From Candidatus Microgenomates bacterium (lineage in GTDB: Bacteria; Patescibacteriota; Microgenomatia; UBA1400; PJMF01), in assembly GCA_015486535.1 (NCBI GenBank), contig WFRK01000026.1:1-51567 (forward strand): a stretch of DNA of 51,567 bases, given 5' to 3'. Under the pieces are notes generated by a model. It made no database searches. It worked only from the letters and a program-made list of their open reading frames with translations, and was not told where the DNA came from. Position numbers and translations under genes: made by a program. This document shows positions 35,747-45,680 of this stretch, in pieces (the first letter of the stretch is position 1; every line of letters starts with the position of its first letter).

Positions 35747-37036
35747 ATGCCTAAATTACAAGTGCGCATCAAGCCGATTATTTTTTTTCTTGGTCTCTTT
35801 TTTCTGAGTGCGTTTACCTACCTGCTTGGGGTGAAACATGTTGGTTTTGCCATTTGGGGAGATAGTCATTATTATTACGCCTATACCAGATCAATAGTGA
35901 TGGATCGTGATATTAATTTCATCAATGAGGCACGCCAGAGAAAATATCCATTCCCAAACGGTCTGAAAATTGTCAAACAAACCGGTTATGCGGCCACTAA
36001 TTTTTCTCCCGGCACCGGTCTATTATGGATACCCGGTTTTCTTATCGGTCAAATGCTGGCGTTTAGTGATCATTGGTTGGGAGGCGCAATTTCCCTGGAC
36101 GGTTACAGTTTAATCACCCAATTAGCCGTGGGGATCAGTACAATCGCCATGAGCGTATTGGGATTATATTTTGTTTTTCTCAGTTTAAAATTATTTTTTG
36201 CCCAAAATATTGCCCTTCTAGCAACGCTCGCTCTATTTTTGACAAGCCAAATTTTTTACTATACCACCATCGATCCAATGAATTCTCATTCAGCTGAGTT
36301 TCTCTTTGCCAGTCTTTGTTTGTGGTTGGTACTCAAACTTAAATTAAATCAACCGAAGCAAAAGATTTCTTTAGCTGTTTTAGGTGTCAGTTTAGGTTTT
36401 TTAAGCATCATTCGCAATCAAGATTTTCTCACTGCCACGGCTTTAATTATTTTTCTTTTTGCCGCTGATTTCCGTTGGCTCTTTTTGCGCCAAAAAAGAC
36501 GGCAATTGTGGCAAAACTTTCTCAATCTTATTTTGCCGCTGATGGCGATTATTGCTATTCAACTTTCATTTACTTGGATTATTTATCGGCAAATTAATAG
36601 TCCTTATCTTATCAATGGGGCTAAATTTGATTGGTTTCATCCGGACATTTTTAGAGTCTTATTCACCGCAAACAATGGTTTCTGGTATTATGCCCCAGCG
36701 ATGTTTTGCGCTCTGATCGGTTTGGGATTTTTCTATGGCAAAGTTTACCATCAATTTAAGCATCCACGGGTATTGAAGCAATTGATCTTGACGAGCTTTG
36801 TTGTTTTTTTATTGCAAGTTTATCTCATTGCTAGTTGGCCGGCGGAAGTTCTCGGTGGTCCTTACGGATCAAGAATGTTCACCGGTACCCTCCCCTTTTT
36901 AAGTTTTGGTCTTGCTTGGTTGATAAATTGGTTCAAAGATAGGTCAAGAAAATGGCAATTTAGTGCCATTGGTTTGTTGATCGCTTTTTTTGTTTGGAAT
37001 GTTTGGCAGATTTATTGGATGTTATTGATTTGGTGA
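35747..37036 (+). CDS. Polytopic membrane protein, putative GT-C glycosyltransferase
   Basis: GD...YYAY.RSI..D.D first loop, about 11 TM helices, LF....G...YAP and W...GG.YG.R.F. Confidence 0.65.
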   Translation: MPKLQVRIKPIIFFLGLFFLSAFTYLLGVKHVGFAIWGDSHYYYAYTRSIVMDRDINFINEARQRKYPFPNGLKIVKQTGYAATNFSPGTGLLWIPGFLIGQMLAFSDHWLGGAISLDGYSLITQLAVGISTIAMSVLGLYFVFLSLKLFFAQNIALLATLALFLTSQIFYYTTIDPMNSHSAEFLFASLCLWLVLKLKLNQPKQKISLAVLGVSLGFLSIIRNQDFLTATALIIFLFAADFRWLFLRQKRRQLWQNFLNLILPLMAIIAIQLSFTWIIYRQINSPYLINGAKFDWFHPDIFRVLFTANNGFWYYAPAMFCALIGLGFFYGKVYHQFKHPRVLKQLILTSFVVFLLQVYLIASWPAEVLGGPYGSRMFTGTLPFLSFGLAWLINWFKDRSRKWQFSAIGLLIAFFVWNVWQIYWMLLIW

Positions 37037-39035
37037 ATTGAGGTCGTAAGCTAAAGGGAGAGATTAATTTAAAGTCGTTATCCCTCGGCCCCATCATCTT
37101 TAGTTCAATTCTTTTGGCACCACCCCAGTTTTTATAGTCTAGTTTTAAATTGTAATCACCGGCCTTAAGTGGAACGGCCCTTGTGACTAAGCGGTCATCG
37201 GATTTGAGTTGCAACACCTTTCTTTGCTGTTGTTTCAGTGTCAGTTCGGCCCAATCGTCGGCAAAAAGACGAAAATAATATTGACCGGTTGATTTTAAGT
37301 GAATAACTCCTTGCCATGAACAATTAAATTGTGGTGCAGCGATCGGTCGATTATCTGACCAAATCAGGTATGGTGTGGCATCGGTGCCAAATCTCTTTTT
37401 TTGATCTAAACCGGAACAGACACGACGAAGACCGAATTGATGATTCTCTGTCGGAGACGGAAGTTGTTTCTGGTCAATCCGAATGAGTAAAATATTCATT
37501 GGTTGATTCACTAAGACTAAATGAGGCCAAATAGATTTGAAGTAAGGTAACAGACTGCGATAATCGGGAGAAAGTATTAAAACCGCCGGCGATTTAATCT
37601 GTTTTTTTAGCTCATCGAGAGAAAATTTGGCTACTTTATTGTCCAGTTGAGCGCGCTGAATCTCATATTGGGTTGATGCATACCAATAATAATCGGCGGA
37701 AAGATAAACGTGAGGGTAAGAGTTTGCTGCTTGTTTTGCTGTCTGAGCAACTCGATATTCAAAGGTACTAAAAGCATTGCCCAAGGTGACTGATGACTGA
37801 GTGAGGCGGATATAAGCGAAGACTCGTTTTAACGGTAGAAAAAAACTAAAGCAGATGAGACTGCTTAAAAGTAAAATTAATTTAATGCTATCAAATTGAT
37901 CTTTTTGCCAAAACTTGTTTTTGATAAAAATGAAAATTTGCCAAAAACCAGTCGCAGCGAGCAGATAAATGGCCGGCAAAATTGGTTGCGAACGAAAGAG
38001 TGAAATCTGCCAACCACTGAGTAAACCGGCCAAAACAGCCGCTAGCATTAGACTGAGAATTAAACTTATCTCTCGCCATCGTTTTGTTTTAATCAAGCCA
38101 AGTAAACCAATTAATGCCAAAGCTAAAGTTGTTGGTGGGAAGGTAGGATAGCGTAGAGGATTATGGCGCAAATTAGGATCGACACCCTGAAAGAAAATTG
38201 AAAACTGTATGCGACTACTCTTCAATAACTGTCTCAGATTGAACTGCCAACCTTGAGAAAAATTAACAATTGATAACTCTCGCGCTCGGCCCCAAAACCC
38301 AAGCGGATCATGCATCGCCGCAATTATTTGAGGGAGCCAGAGAATCATTATAACCAGCCAAAATAGGCAGTTAGCCCGAAGATCAAATAAAGCGTGATTA
38401 GAATTGCGACCATCTCTCTGTCGCCACCACCAATAAAGATGAATCAGACCAAGGCTTAAGGGATAAAATAAGTAGACACGCATACCGACGTAGCTATAGA
38501 GACCGAGAGCAAAACTGATTGCCGCTAGAACAATAAAATAAAAATGTCGTTTTTTTAAACCAAGGTAATAAAACAGAAGACTGAGCCAAACGGTCGTTGT
38601 CATGATAACACTGCCATGCGCCCAGCGACTAAAATTAAGATGAAAAATTGATAAACTCAAAAATGCTAGAGTGACGAGAGCATGTTTTGTGTCGAACATG
38701 CTTTTTGCTAATTTATAAATAATAAGCAGAAGCAACCAACCGACCCCACTCCAGATGAGACGAAAACCGGTTGAAGAAAAATTCATCAAACTTAATGTTA
38801 GTGCCAAAGCGCGAATAAACAGTTCGGGTGTGCCGTACCAACTAAAACCATTCCAAGCAATTACTGGTTGGTGTTGCCAATCTCGCAGAGCAGCTTGAGC
38901 AAGGTTATATTCATCGATGAAGGGTGAAGGAGGAAACGTGCTTAAATGGTAGAGTCTAAGAGCGGTGGCGACAAGCAATAGAATGAGTAACAAGATTGAA
39001 CTCAGTTGGTTCTGCTTTAACTTTTGTTTGATCAT
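36960..39035 (-). CDS. ArnT/PMT (GT39/GT83)-like GT-C glycosyltransferase with C-terminal PA14 domain
   Basis: LRLY.L...P....DE and H.NFSR motifs. C-terminal W.G.I.....G.Y.F...ADD...Y.LKLDY...GG (PA14 with DD motif). The ATG at 39035 forms an ATGA overlap with the upstream stop. Confidence 0.8.
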   Translation of the reverse strand: MIKQKLKQNQLSSILLLILLLVATALRLYHLSTFPPSPFIDEYNLAQAALRDWQHQPVIAWNGFSWYGTPELFIRALALTLSLMNFSSTGFRLIWSGVGWLLLLIIYKLAKSMFDTKHALVTLAFLSLSIFHLNFSRWAHGSVIMTTTVWLSLLFYYLGLKKRHFYFIVLAAISFALGLYSYVGMRVYLFYPLSLGLIHLYWWWRQRDGRNSNHALFDLRANCLFWLVIMILWLPQIIAAMHDPLGFWGRARELSIVNFSQGWQFNLRQLLKSSRIQFSIFFQGVDPNLRHNPLRYPTFPPTTLALALIGLLGLIKTKRWREISLILSLMLAAVLAGLLSGWQISLFRSQPILPAIYLLAATGFWQIFIFIKNKFWQKDQFDSIKLILLLSSLICFSFFLPLKRVFAYIRLTQSSVTLGNAFSTFEYRVAQTAKQAANSYPHVYLSADYYWYASTQYEIQRAQLDNKVAKFSLDELKKQIKSPAVLILSPDYRSLLPYFKSIWPHLVLVNQPMNILLIRIDQKQLPSPTENHQFGLRRVCSGLDQKKRFGTDATPYLIWSDNRPIAAPQFNCSWQGVIHLKSTGQYYFRLFADDWAELTLKQQQRKVLQLKSDDRLVTRAVPLKAGDYNLKLDYKNWGGAKRIELKMMGPRDNDFKLISPFSLRPQFTKSITSNKSAKHSKQKKRSTNQWH

Positions 39036-40411
39036 CTTTGAGTCGAGGTTGAATCCAATGCGTGCCACTGGTAGACATTTAGGCTACTACCAGTTTGACT
39101 GATATGTTTCTTTGTAAATTGCAGCCAACGTTCGTATTCATCAAAACTGATGGCTGGTTGGCGTGTGGCCAGACACTCAGTTGAGTTAGTCCAGACGAAA
39201 TAAGTTGTTATATTCCTCTGGACCGTAAAACTAACCAGTAGAAGAACAGAAATAAGCGCCACTTTATCAAGTCGCTTCTGTTTTGCCCATTGATTGAAAG
39301 ATGCAAAATGATGCTCAGCTGATTCCATATAAGTGATGAGAAAATCTAAACCAAGTGCGGCGAAAATATAAACGAGAGGCAAAAGATGAATAAAGCGAGC
39401 GATGTTTGGGGTGTTGAGGCTAAAAAGCTGGATGATGGCTAAATTGGTGAGATAGAATAAACCTATCAGTTGGTGCCGTTTAAAACTGGCGGCGAGACCG
39501 ATGAGATAAAGTAAAACAACCAAAGGTTGAATCAAATAAACCTGATAGGCTAAGGGAGCGTAGCGGTCGTTGAGACCAATGTGAAAGTCTTTGCTGGCAA
39601 AGAAGAGAAAAGCGCGACTATTGTGAAGTAGTTTTGTTGGCCAAGCAGTATTTTTGGCTGATTGATTAAAAATAGAAACATTGTTAATTCGTCCGGTGCT
39701 GTTAATCCAACCACGATTTGAAAGACTAAAGAGTAGTTGCGGCGAAATGAAGAAAAGCGTCATCAGTGAAAGTGCCATCAGCAATGCTAGTTTTATTCTC
39801 AATTTTATTTTGGTCATTAATAGTAACAATAATAATGAAGGAAAAATCAGTTTTCCCGGATGATAAAAATAAAATCCGCTAATACTCGCCAAACTCATAT
39901 AAATTAAACCCTTTTTAAAATGAGTTTTTTTAACAAAATATAAACCAATCAATGCTAAGAGAACCGAGGTGGAGGTGAAAATATTTTCCCAGCCGCTGCG
40001 GGAGAAATAAAGAAAGGTAACATTGGTTGCTAAAAGTAAACTAAAGATAAAAGCAAGCAATCTTTTTTGCGTCATGAGGTAAATGTAAAAGTAGGTTAGT
40101 AGAACAGCAATGCTACTAAAAAAGATAGCTGCTAATCTGACACCTCCAAATGATTGTCCAGCGAGCCGCCAGCTCCAACCAATTAAATTAGCATTCAGGG
40201 AAGGTGCACCGTTCCAATTAACAGTGAAAATAGTTTTGATTGATCCATATTTGTGCCAAGCCATGAAGGTTCTCAAATTATCAATTGCGTCCGGTTGTAA
40301 GTTGGCGGGGATGCTGTTGATGAGATAAAATCGACTGATTAACGTCACTGTCATCAAGATAATTGCCAATCCCCAAAATTTCACCGGAGAAGAAAACTTA
40401 ATTGATCGCAT
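39032..40411 (-). CDS. ArnT/PMT-like GT-C glycosyltransferase
   Basis: RFY.I..IP..L.PD, RL...F, YFSR.G and multiple TM helices. Confidence 0.75.
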   Translation of the reverse strand: MRSIKFSSPVKFWGLAIILMTVTLISRFYLINSIPANLQPDAIDNLRTFMAWHKYGSIKTIFTVNWNGAPSLNANLIGWSWRLAGQSFGGVRLAAIFFSSIAVLLTYFYIYLMTQKRLLAFIFSLLLATNVTFLYFSRSGWENIFTSTSVLLALIGLYFVKKTHFKKGLIYMSLASISGFYFYHPGKLIFPSLLLLLLMTKIKLRIKLALLMALSLMTLFFISPQLLFSLSNRGWINSTGRINNVSIFNQSAKNTAWPTKLLHNSRAFLFFASKDFHIGLNDRYAPLAYQVYLIQPLVVLLYLIGLAASFKRHQLIGLFYLTNLAIIQLFSLNTPNIARFIHLLPLVYIFAALGLDFLITYMESAEHHFASFNQWAKQKRLDKVALISVLLLVSFTVQRNITTYFVWTNSTECLATRQPAISFDEYERWLQFTKKHISQTGSSLNVYQWHALDSTSTQR

Positions 40412-40414
40412 GGT

Positions 40415-42124
40415 TTACTTATTGTTTATTTTTTTAAAAATCAACACTTGAGGATGATCATAAACCGTGAATGATTCATCAGCTTGATTATCATTCAGTT
40501 TTATCCGCACCACACCGAAATCCAAAATCGGTTGATAATCAAATGTGGCTACTTTTTTGAAATTCAACTGTCCTTTAAATAGTCGTTGGTAGTATTGGGC
40601 CGTTTTAAGATAACATTTGCGATATTTTTGGCAATTATTCAATCTCATCAAAGGAACAAAAAGTCTTTTTGAAGCAATAATAATATAATCGGCCTGATTT
40701 AACCGACCATCGATCAACTGCCATTTTTTTGCATCATCCGGCAATTCATAGAGCGGTAAAGTGACGAAACGATATCGGGCTGAACCGCGGATAGGTAAAC
40801 GGTCGTCCCAATGTTCAACGGCTAGCGTCGATCCCGAAGGAATATGATTTAAAATCCAACGAGTGGCTTGAACGCGTGTTTGCGGTTGAAAATACATTTT
40901 TAAAAAAGCACTGGTCCAGATTGCGCTTAGTAAAAGAAGGAGCATGATAATTAATCTTTTCCAGCGCCAATTGAGTTGTTTACTGTGACTGAGAAAGTAA
41001 TCCAGACTAAAACTCGCTAAAATAGCCAAGAAGGGATAAATGGGTAGGAGGTAGCGCATAAATTTAACGGCAGAGCGCCCGATTACAAGAAAATAAATCA
41101 GATAGATTAAAGTCATAGCTAATAGAGGATCAACTAAAATGTGTCTGACGGAAGCTTTTTTTTGCCATAATAATTGAAATTTGTGTCCCATAACGAATAG
41201 GCCTCCCAAACTCAAAGAAGCGATGATCGGGCCTGCTCCCCACCAGAAAATATTTTTTAAATAATAAAGATAAGCTGTCGTGCCAACATATTGCAGGGTG
41301 TAAGGGAAAATATAGGCATTTTGATTCATTTCCATTTGCGCCCCGACCTGTCGCACAAATTCCGACCAGTGCAGTAGACCATAGGGTATAAAAACGAAAA
41401 AACTACCCAATCCTAAAAGAATAAATATCTGAGTGATGAGGGTAATTTGCTTCCAGAGCCGACGTTTGTTTGGCCAAAACTCTTCTACTTGTTTAGCGTA
41501 AATAATCATCAACATGGGGAGAATAAGCACCAAAGCACTCACTTTTGTTGCCAGCATGGCACTCATTGTCACCGTCAATAATATTACTTTGGCAAAAGAT
41601 GGTTTGATCAGATAAGCAATAAGAATAAAAATACTTAAGGTGAGAAAGAAATTTAGGAAATTATCGACGATGAAAAAATTACTATTTTGGATCGGGAAAA
41701 ACATTAAAGTATAAAAAAGGAGCGCGAAATAAGGCATTAACTTTTTTTGACTGATTTTTTTCACAATTAGGAATACAAAAATGGCCGTAGTTATGTCCAA
41801 TAAACTGACAAGTACCCGTCCGACTGAAAGTGCCCCATCGTAATTATCTAGTCTCACTTGAAAAAGGAACTCACCACCTTGAGTAGTTGCCTTGAGAATA
41901 TAAAGCGGGAGTGAACCATAGGCAAAGAAATTTGGATCGAGACGATCAAAAAAATGCAAGCGATTATTAAGCATCATGAGCCAGCGTTCGTCAGGATGAA
42001 GATGGAGGTTCGAATCATAGTGATTGCCTAAGAAACGAGTGAAGACAAGCAAAATGAGCATCAGCGCTAGAGCGAGCTTGTACCTTAAATGAGTATTTGA
42101 GGGTGAAGAGTTCTTTTCAGGCAT
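40415..42124 (-). CDS. ArnT/PMT-like GT-C glycosyltransferase
   Basis: HPDE acidic loop, FFAYGSLPLY, KFMRYLLP, EHWDD.LP and DESFTVYDHP. Confidence 0.78.
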   Translation of the reverse strand: MPEKNSSPSNTHLRYKLALALMLILLVFTRFLGNHYDSNLHLHPDERWLMMLNNRLHFFDRLDPNFFAYGSLPLYILKATTQGGEFLFQVRLDNYDGALSVGRVLVSLLDITTAIFVFLIVKKISQKKLMPYFALLFYTLMFFPIQNSNFFIVDNFLNFFLTLSIFILIAYLIKPSFAKVILLTVTMSAMLATKVSALVLILPMLMIIYAKQVEEFWPNKRRLWKQITLITQIFILLGLGSFFVFIPYGLLHWSEFVRQVGAQMEMNQNAYIFPYTLQYVGTTAYLYYLKNIFWWGAGPIIASLSLGGLFVMGHKFQLLWQKKASVRHILVDPLLAMTLIYLIYFLVIGRSAVKFMRYLLPIYPFLAILASFSLDYFLSHSKQLNWRWKRLIIMLLLLLSAIWTSAFLKMYFQPQTRVQATRWILNHIPSGSTLAVEHWDDRLPIRGSARYRFVTLPLYELPDDAKKWQLIDGRLNQADYIIIASKRLFVPLMRLNNCQKYRKCYLKTAQYYQRLFKGQLNFKKVATFDYQPILDFGVVRIKLNDNQADESFTVYDHPQVLIFKKINNK

Positions 42125-42201
42125 TGACGTTATCGAGTAGTTTATTTGTTAATTGGTTGATTTAATTTTTTAAGTTTAATAGCTGCGGTAATAATTCAAT
42201 A

Positions 42202-43083
42202 TTAAAAATTTTTCCGGGCATAACGCGCACTAATCCAACCCAGATTTTGATTCTTCTCGCCGAAACGAATTTGATACCAACCCTTTTGTTCTCCGAGATA
42301 GGGATATTTTTTACCTGATAAAACAAAACCGATTACCGGACTAGATTGAGTATGGTCGCGTCTTACTTTTAATCCTTCTTGATTTTGCTGAAAAAAATGA
42401 GTGGTTAAAATAGTTAATTTCTTTTCGGTCGTCGATGATTTTTTTTGATTAGACCGAACTGTTGGTGTTGGTCGCTGATTTAATTGATTTTTTCTTTCAG
42501 ATGATTGATCGGCCACTGTTTTGGCAAGTTTAATGATCGCATTAATTTTATAACCGGCGACCAGATTTAAAGTGTGACTTTGAGTTTCATATGATGGTGC
42601 AGTGATTTGATACTGGTGTTGTCCTGGGGCGATATTTTTAATTAGTAGGGGGGTTAAATCTTTTTTCTTGCCATCGACATCAATAATGGCCTTATCAGGT
42701 ACGCTCATAAAGTTGATTTCGGCCTGACCACTATGAATCAATTTTTCCATTTCATAGATAACACCGCCACTTGTTTCGCTTGTTTTACCGGCGTGCCAAG
42801 TGACGACCGTGATTGTGCCAGGGTGAAGGGTGACTTCAGTATCGTAGCTAGCTAAAGCGGTGTCATCCGGTCGGATGCTTAAAGTATAATTGCCCGGCTT
42901 GAGATTCTTATCAATCAGCGGTGTGTGGTCAAAATATTGATCGTTAATAAAAACAGAAGCCGATTTATCACCGGTAATTACCTGTAAGCCCGCTTTAGCC
43001 GCTTTAGTGAGCTGGAGACCAAAAATAATCGCACCCAAGAAAAGCGTTACCGAGAGTAAAATCAAAAGAATTTTCCACTTCAT
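42202..43083 (-). CDS. Membrane-anchored PEGA-domain protein with C-terminal SH3b domain
   Basis: N-terminal TM helix, two repeats (V.I....TPL...L.PG.Y), a low-complexity linker and SH3b L.VR.....S..IG......Y.......WY.I......GWIS..Y. Confidence 0.8.
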   Translation of the reverse strand: MKWKILLILLSVTLFLGAIIFGLQLTKAAKAGLQVITGDKSASVFINDQYFDHTPLIDKNLKPGNYTLSIRPDDTALASYDTEVTLHPGTITVVTWHAGKTSETSGGVIYEMEKLIHSGQAEINFMSVPDKAIIDVDGKKKDLTPLLIKNIAPGQHQYQITAPSYETQSHTLNLVAGYKINAIIKLAKTVADQSSERKNQLNQRPTPTVRSNQKKSSTTEKKLTILTTHFFQQNQEGLKVRRDHTQSSPVIGFVLSGKKYPYLGEQKGWYQIRFGEKNQNLGWISARYARKNF

Positions 43084-43093
43084 GCTTCTTAGT

Positions 43094-45469
43094 TTAGCAT
43101 TTTTTGTTTGGCTTTACTAAGGCACGATCAAGCACTTCGCTCATTTGTTTGACGGGAATGAATTGGATGTGTTTTTTTACCGTTGTTGGGATGTCAACTA
43201 AATCTCTTTCATTATCAGCTGGAATAAGAATGGTGGTAATACCTGCCTGATGAGCAGCAATACTTTTTTCCTTCAAACCGCCGATGCGAAGAATTCGTCC
43301 ACGCAAAGTGATTTCACCGGTCATCGCTACATTTTGGCGTACCGGTTGTTGAGTGAAGGCGGAAACAATAGCGGTGGCAATGGTGATGCCAGCCGAAGGA
43401 CCATCTTTGGGCACCGCTCCTTCGGGTACATGAATATGAACATCCGTCTTCTGGATTTTCTCTTCATCAATTTTCAATTGACTGGCGTGCGCTTTCACAT
43501 AAGTGAGTGCTGCTTGAGCCGATTCCTTCATCACGTCACCTAATTTACCGGTCAATTTGACAACGCCTTTACCTTTAGTTAAGGCCACTTCAATAAACAA
43601 GATTTCTCCACCAACCCGTGTCCAAGCAAGCCCGGTCGCCTGACCGACAAGGGCTTCATTTTCCGCCACTTCACGATCAAATTTTTCCGGTCCCAGTTCT
43701 TGTTTCACCAATTCTTTGGTTAAGACGACTTTTTTTGTGACTTTATTTTCAACAATTTTGCGGGCGACTTTGCGCATTAAACTATTGAGTAATCTCTCTA
43801 ATTCTCTTACCCCTGCTTCGCGACTGTAACGCTGGATGAGAAATTTAATCGTTTCATCTTTAATATTAACTTGAGTGGCAGACAGACCGTTAGTTGAGCG
43901 CGCTTTTTTGACGAGATATTTTTTAGCAATCTGAAATTTTTCCGCTTCGGTATAGCCTGAATAACGAATAATTTCCAAGCGATCTCTCAAGGCTGAAGGA
44001 ATAGTGTCTAAAGTATTGGCGGTGGTAATAAACATCACATTTGACAAATCAAACGGCACATCAAGATAATGGTCTTCGAAATGAACATTTTGTTCCGGGT
44101 CTAAAGCTTCCAACAAAGCGGAAGCGGGATCGCCTTTATAGTCATTACCGACTTTGTCAATTTCGTCAAGCATGAAAACGGGGTTATTTGTGCCCGCTTG
44201 CTTAATCCCCTTGATAATTCTCCCGGGCATAGCGCCAACATAGGTACGCCGATGACCGCGAATCTCCGCTTCATCTCGAATGCCACCGAGAGAAATTTTG
44301 ACAAATTTACGCCCCAAACTTTGAGCGATCGATTGGCCAATACTCGTTTTACCGACCCCAGGTGGACCGACAAAACAAAGAATATTGGGATTTTTGCCAC
44401 TTTCTTTTTTTTGTTTTTGTTTCAATTGCAGCACGGCAATATATTCCATGATCCGATCTTTCACCTTTTTCAGACCATAATGACTCTTGTTCAACACTTG
44501 CGCCGCTTTGGTTAGATTGGGTGTATTTTTTGATTTTTTATCCCAAGGTAAACTTAAAATAGTTTCTAACCAACTCTGGATATAACCGGCTTCAGGGTTA
44601 TGAGGTGACATTCGTTCTAGTTTTTTAATTTCTTTTTGGATTTTTTCTTTTGTTTCCTGAGGCAGTTTAATCTTTTTTAATTTTTTTGTGTACTCGCCGA
44701 TCATTGTTTCTTCGTCTCCCAGTTCCCCTAATTCTTTTTGAATCGTGTGCATCCGTTCTCGCAGAACATTCTCTCTCATGTGTTTGTCAAATTTTTGCTG
44801 TGTCTTATTAACGACATCTTTTTCAATTTCGATAACCTTGATTTCTTCCGCCAATTTATGAGAAACAAAAAGCATCCTTTCTTTCAAATGAACCATCTCC
44901 AGTAGTGCCTGTTTTTCTTTTGTTTGCAAATTAAGCGTACTGGCAATCTGATCGGTTAATTCACTAGCGCGAATATCTCCCATGAGTCGCATAAAATTAA
45001 GGAATTCCACCGGCTTGCCAACTTTGATAGCGCGCTGAAATTCCTTTTGGAGATGATGAAAAAGAGCTTTAATCTCATCAGTTTCTTCAATTCCGATTTC
45101 ATCTCTAACGATTTCAGCTTCAACTAGAATAATTGGACTGAGTTGAATAAATCGTTTAATTTTCACTCGCTCCATTCCCCTAACCAGGGCATTAGTTGCT
45201 TGATCAGTTTTAAATTTTTTTTCTATCTTGGACAAAACACCAAAATGATAAAGATCCGCAGCGGTCGGATTGTCAATTCGCCCATCTTTTTGCGTAAGTA
45301 AAATGACTTGAGAATTAAAACCGGTAAGACGGTCGAGGACATTAAGTGAAACTGGTCGACCGAAAGTCAAAATTGATTCTGTGTGAGGAAATAAAACTCC
45401 CTGCCGGACGGGAATGACCGGTAGGATTTCCAGGCTTTTTTTTAGTGTTTGATCAGTTTTTTTTGGCAT
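43094..45469 (-). CDS. lon: ATP-dependent Lon protease
   Basis: LON N domain (LPVIPVR..VLFP), [29 protein letters not shown] and IGGLKEK. Confidence 0.97.
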   Translation of the reverse strand: MPKKTDQTLKKSLEILPVIPVRQGVLFPHTESILTFGRPVSLNVLDRLTGFNSQVILLTQKDGRIDNPTAADLYHFGVLSKIEKKFKTDQATNALVRGMERVKIKRFIQLSPIILVEAEIVRDEIGIEETDEIKALFHHLQKEFQRAIKVGKPVEFLNFMRLMGDIRASELTDQIASTLNLQTKEKQALLEMVHLKERMLFVSHKLAEEIKVIEIEKDVVNKTQQKFDKHMRENVLRERMHTIQKELGELGDEETMIGEYTKKLKKIKLPQETKEKIQKEIKKLERMSPHNPEAGYIQSWLETILSLPWDKKSKNTPNLTKAAQVLNKSHYGLKKVKDRIMEYIAVLQLKQKQKKESGKNPNILCFVGPPGVGKTSIGQSIAQSLGRKFVKISLGGIRDEAEIRGHRRTYVGAMPGRIIKGIKQAGTNNPVFMLDEIDKVGNDYKGDPASALLEALDPEQNVHFEDHYLDVPFDLSNVMFITTANTLDTIPSALRDRLEIIRYSGYTEAEKFQIAKKYLVKKARSTNGLSATQVNIKDETIKFLIQRYSREAGVRELERLLNSLMRKVARKIVENKVTKKVVLTKELVKQELGPEKFDREVAENEALVGQATGLAWTRVGGEILFIEVALTKGKGVVKLTGKLGDVMKESAQAALTYVKAHASQLKIDEEKIQKTDVHIHVPEGAVPKDGPSAGITIATAIVSAFTQQPVRQNVAMTGEITLRGRILRIGGLKEKSIAAHQAGITTILIPADNERDLVDIPTTVKKHIQFIPVKQMSEVLDRALVKPNKKC

Positions 45470-45572
45470 CTAAATTTGTTAATTTGAGGCGTATTCATTT
45501 TTTACGAACGGATAATGCCTCGATGGAAACTCGCCTATGAACTTGAAGCGATTTAAGGCCGTCAATTTAAAT

Positions 45573-45649
45573 TGGTGGGTGATCCTGGACTCGAACCAGG
45601 GACCCCTATCTTATCAGGATAGTACTCTAACCAGCTGAGCTAATCACCC
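45573..45649 (-). tRNA. tRNA-Ile(GAT)
   Basis: Minus strand GGGTGAT...CTATC-CTGATAA-GATAG...ATCACCC-A-CCA. Confidence 0.97.
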
Positions 45650-45680
45650 ATTTATTACGGCCACTGCCAACATTTTTAAT

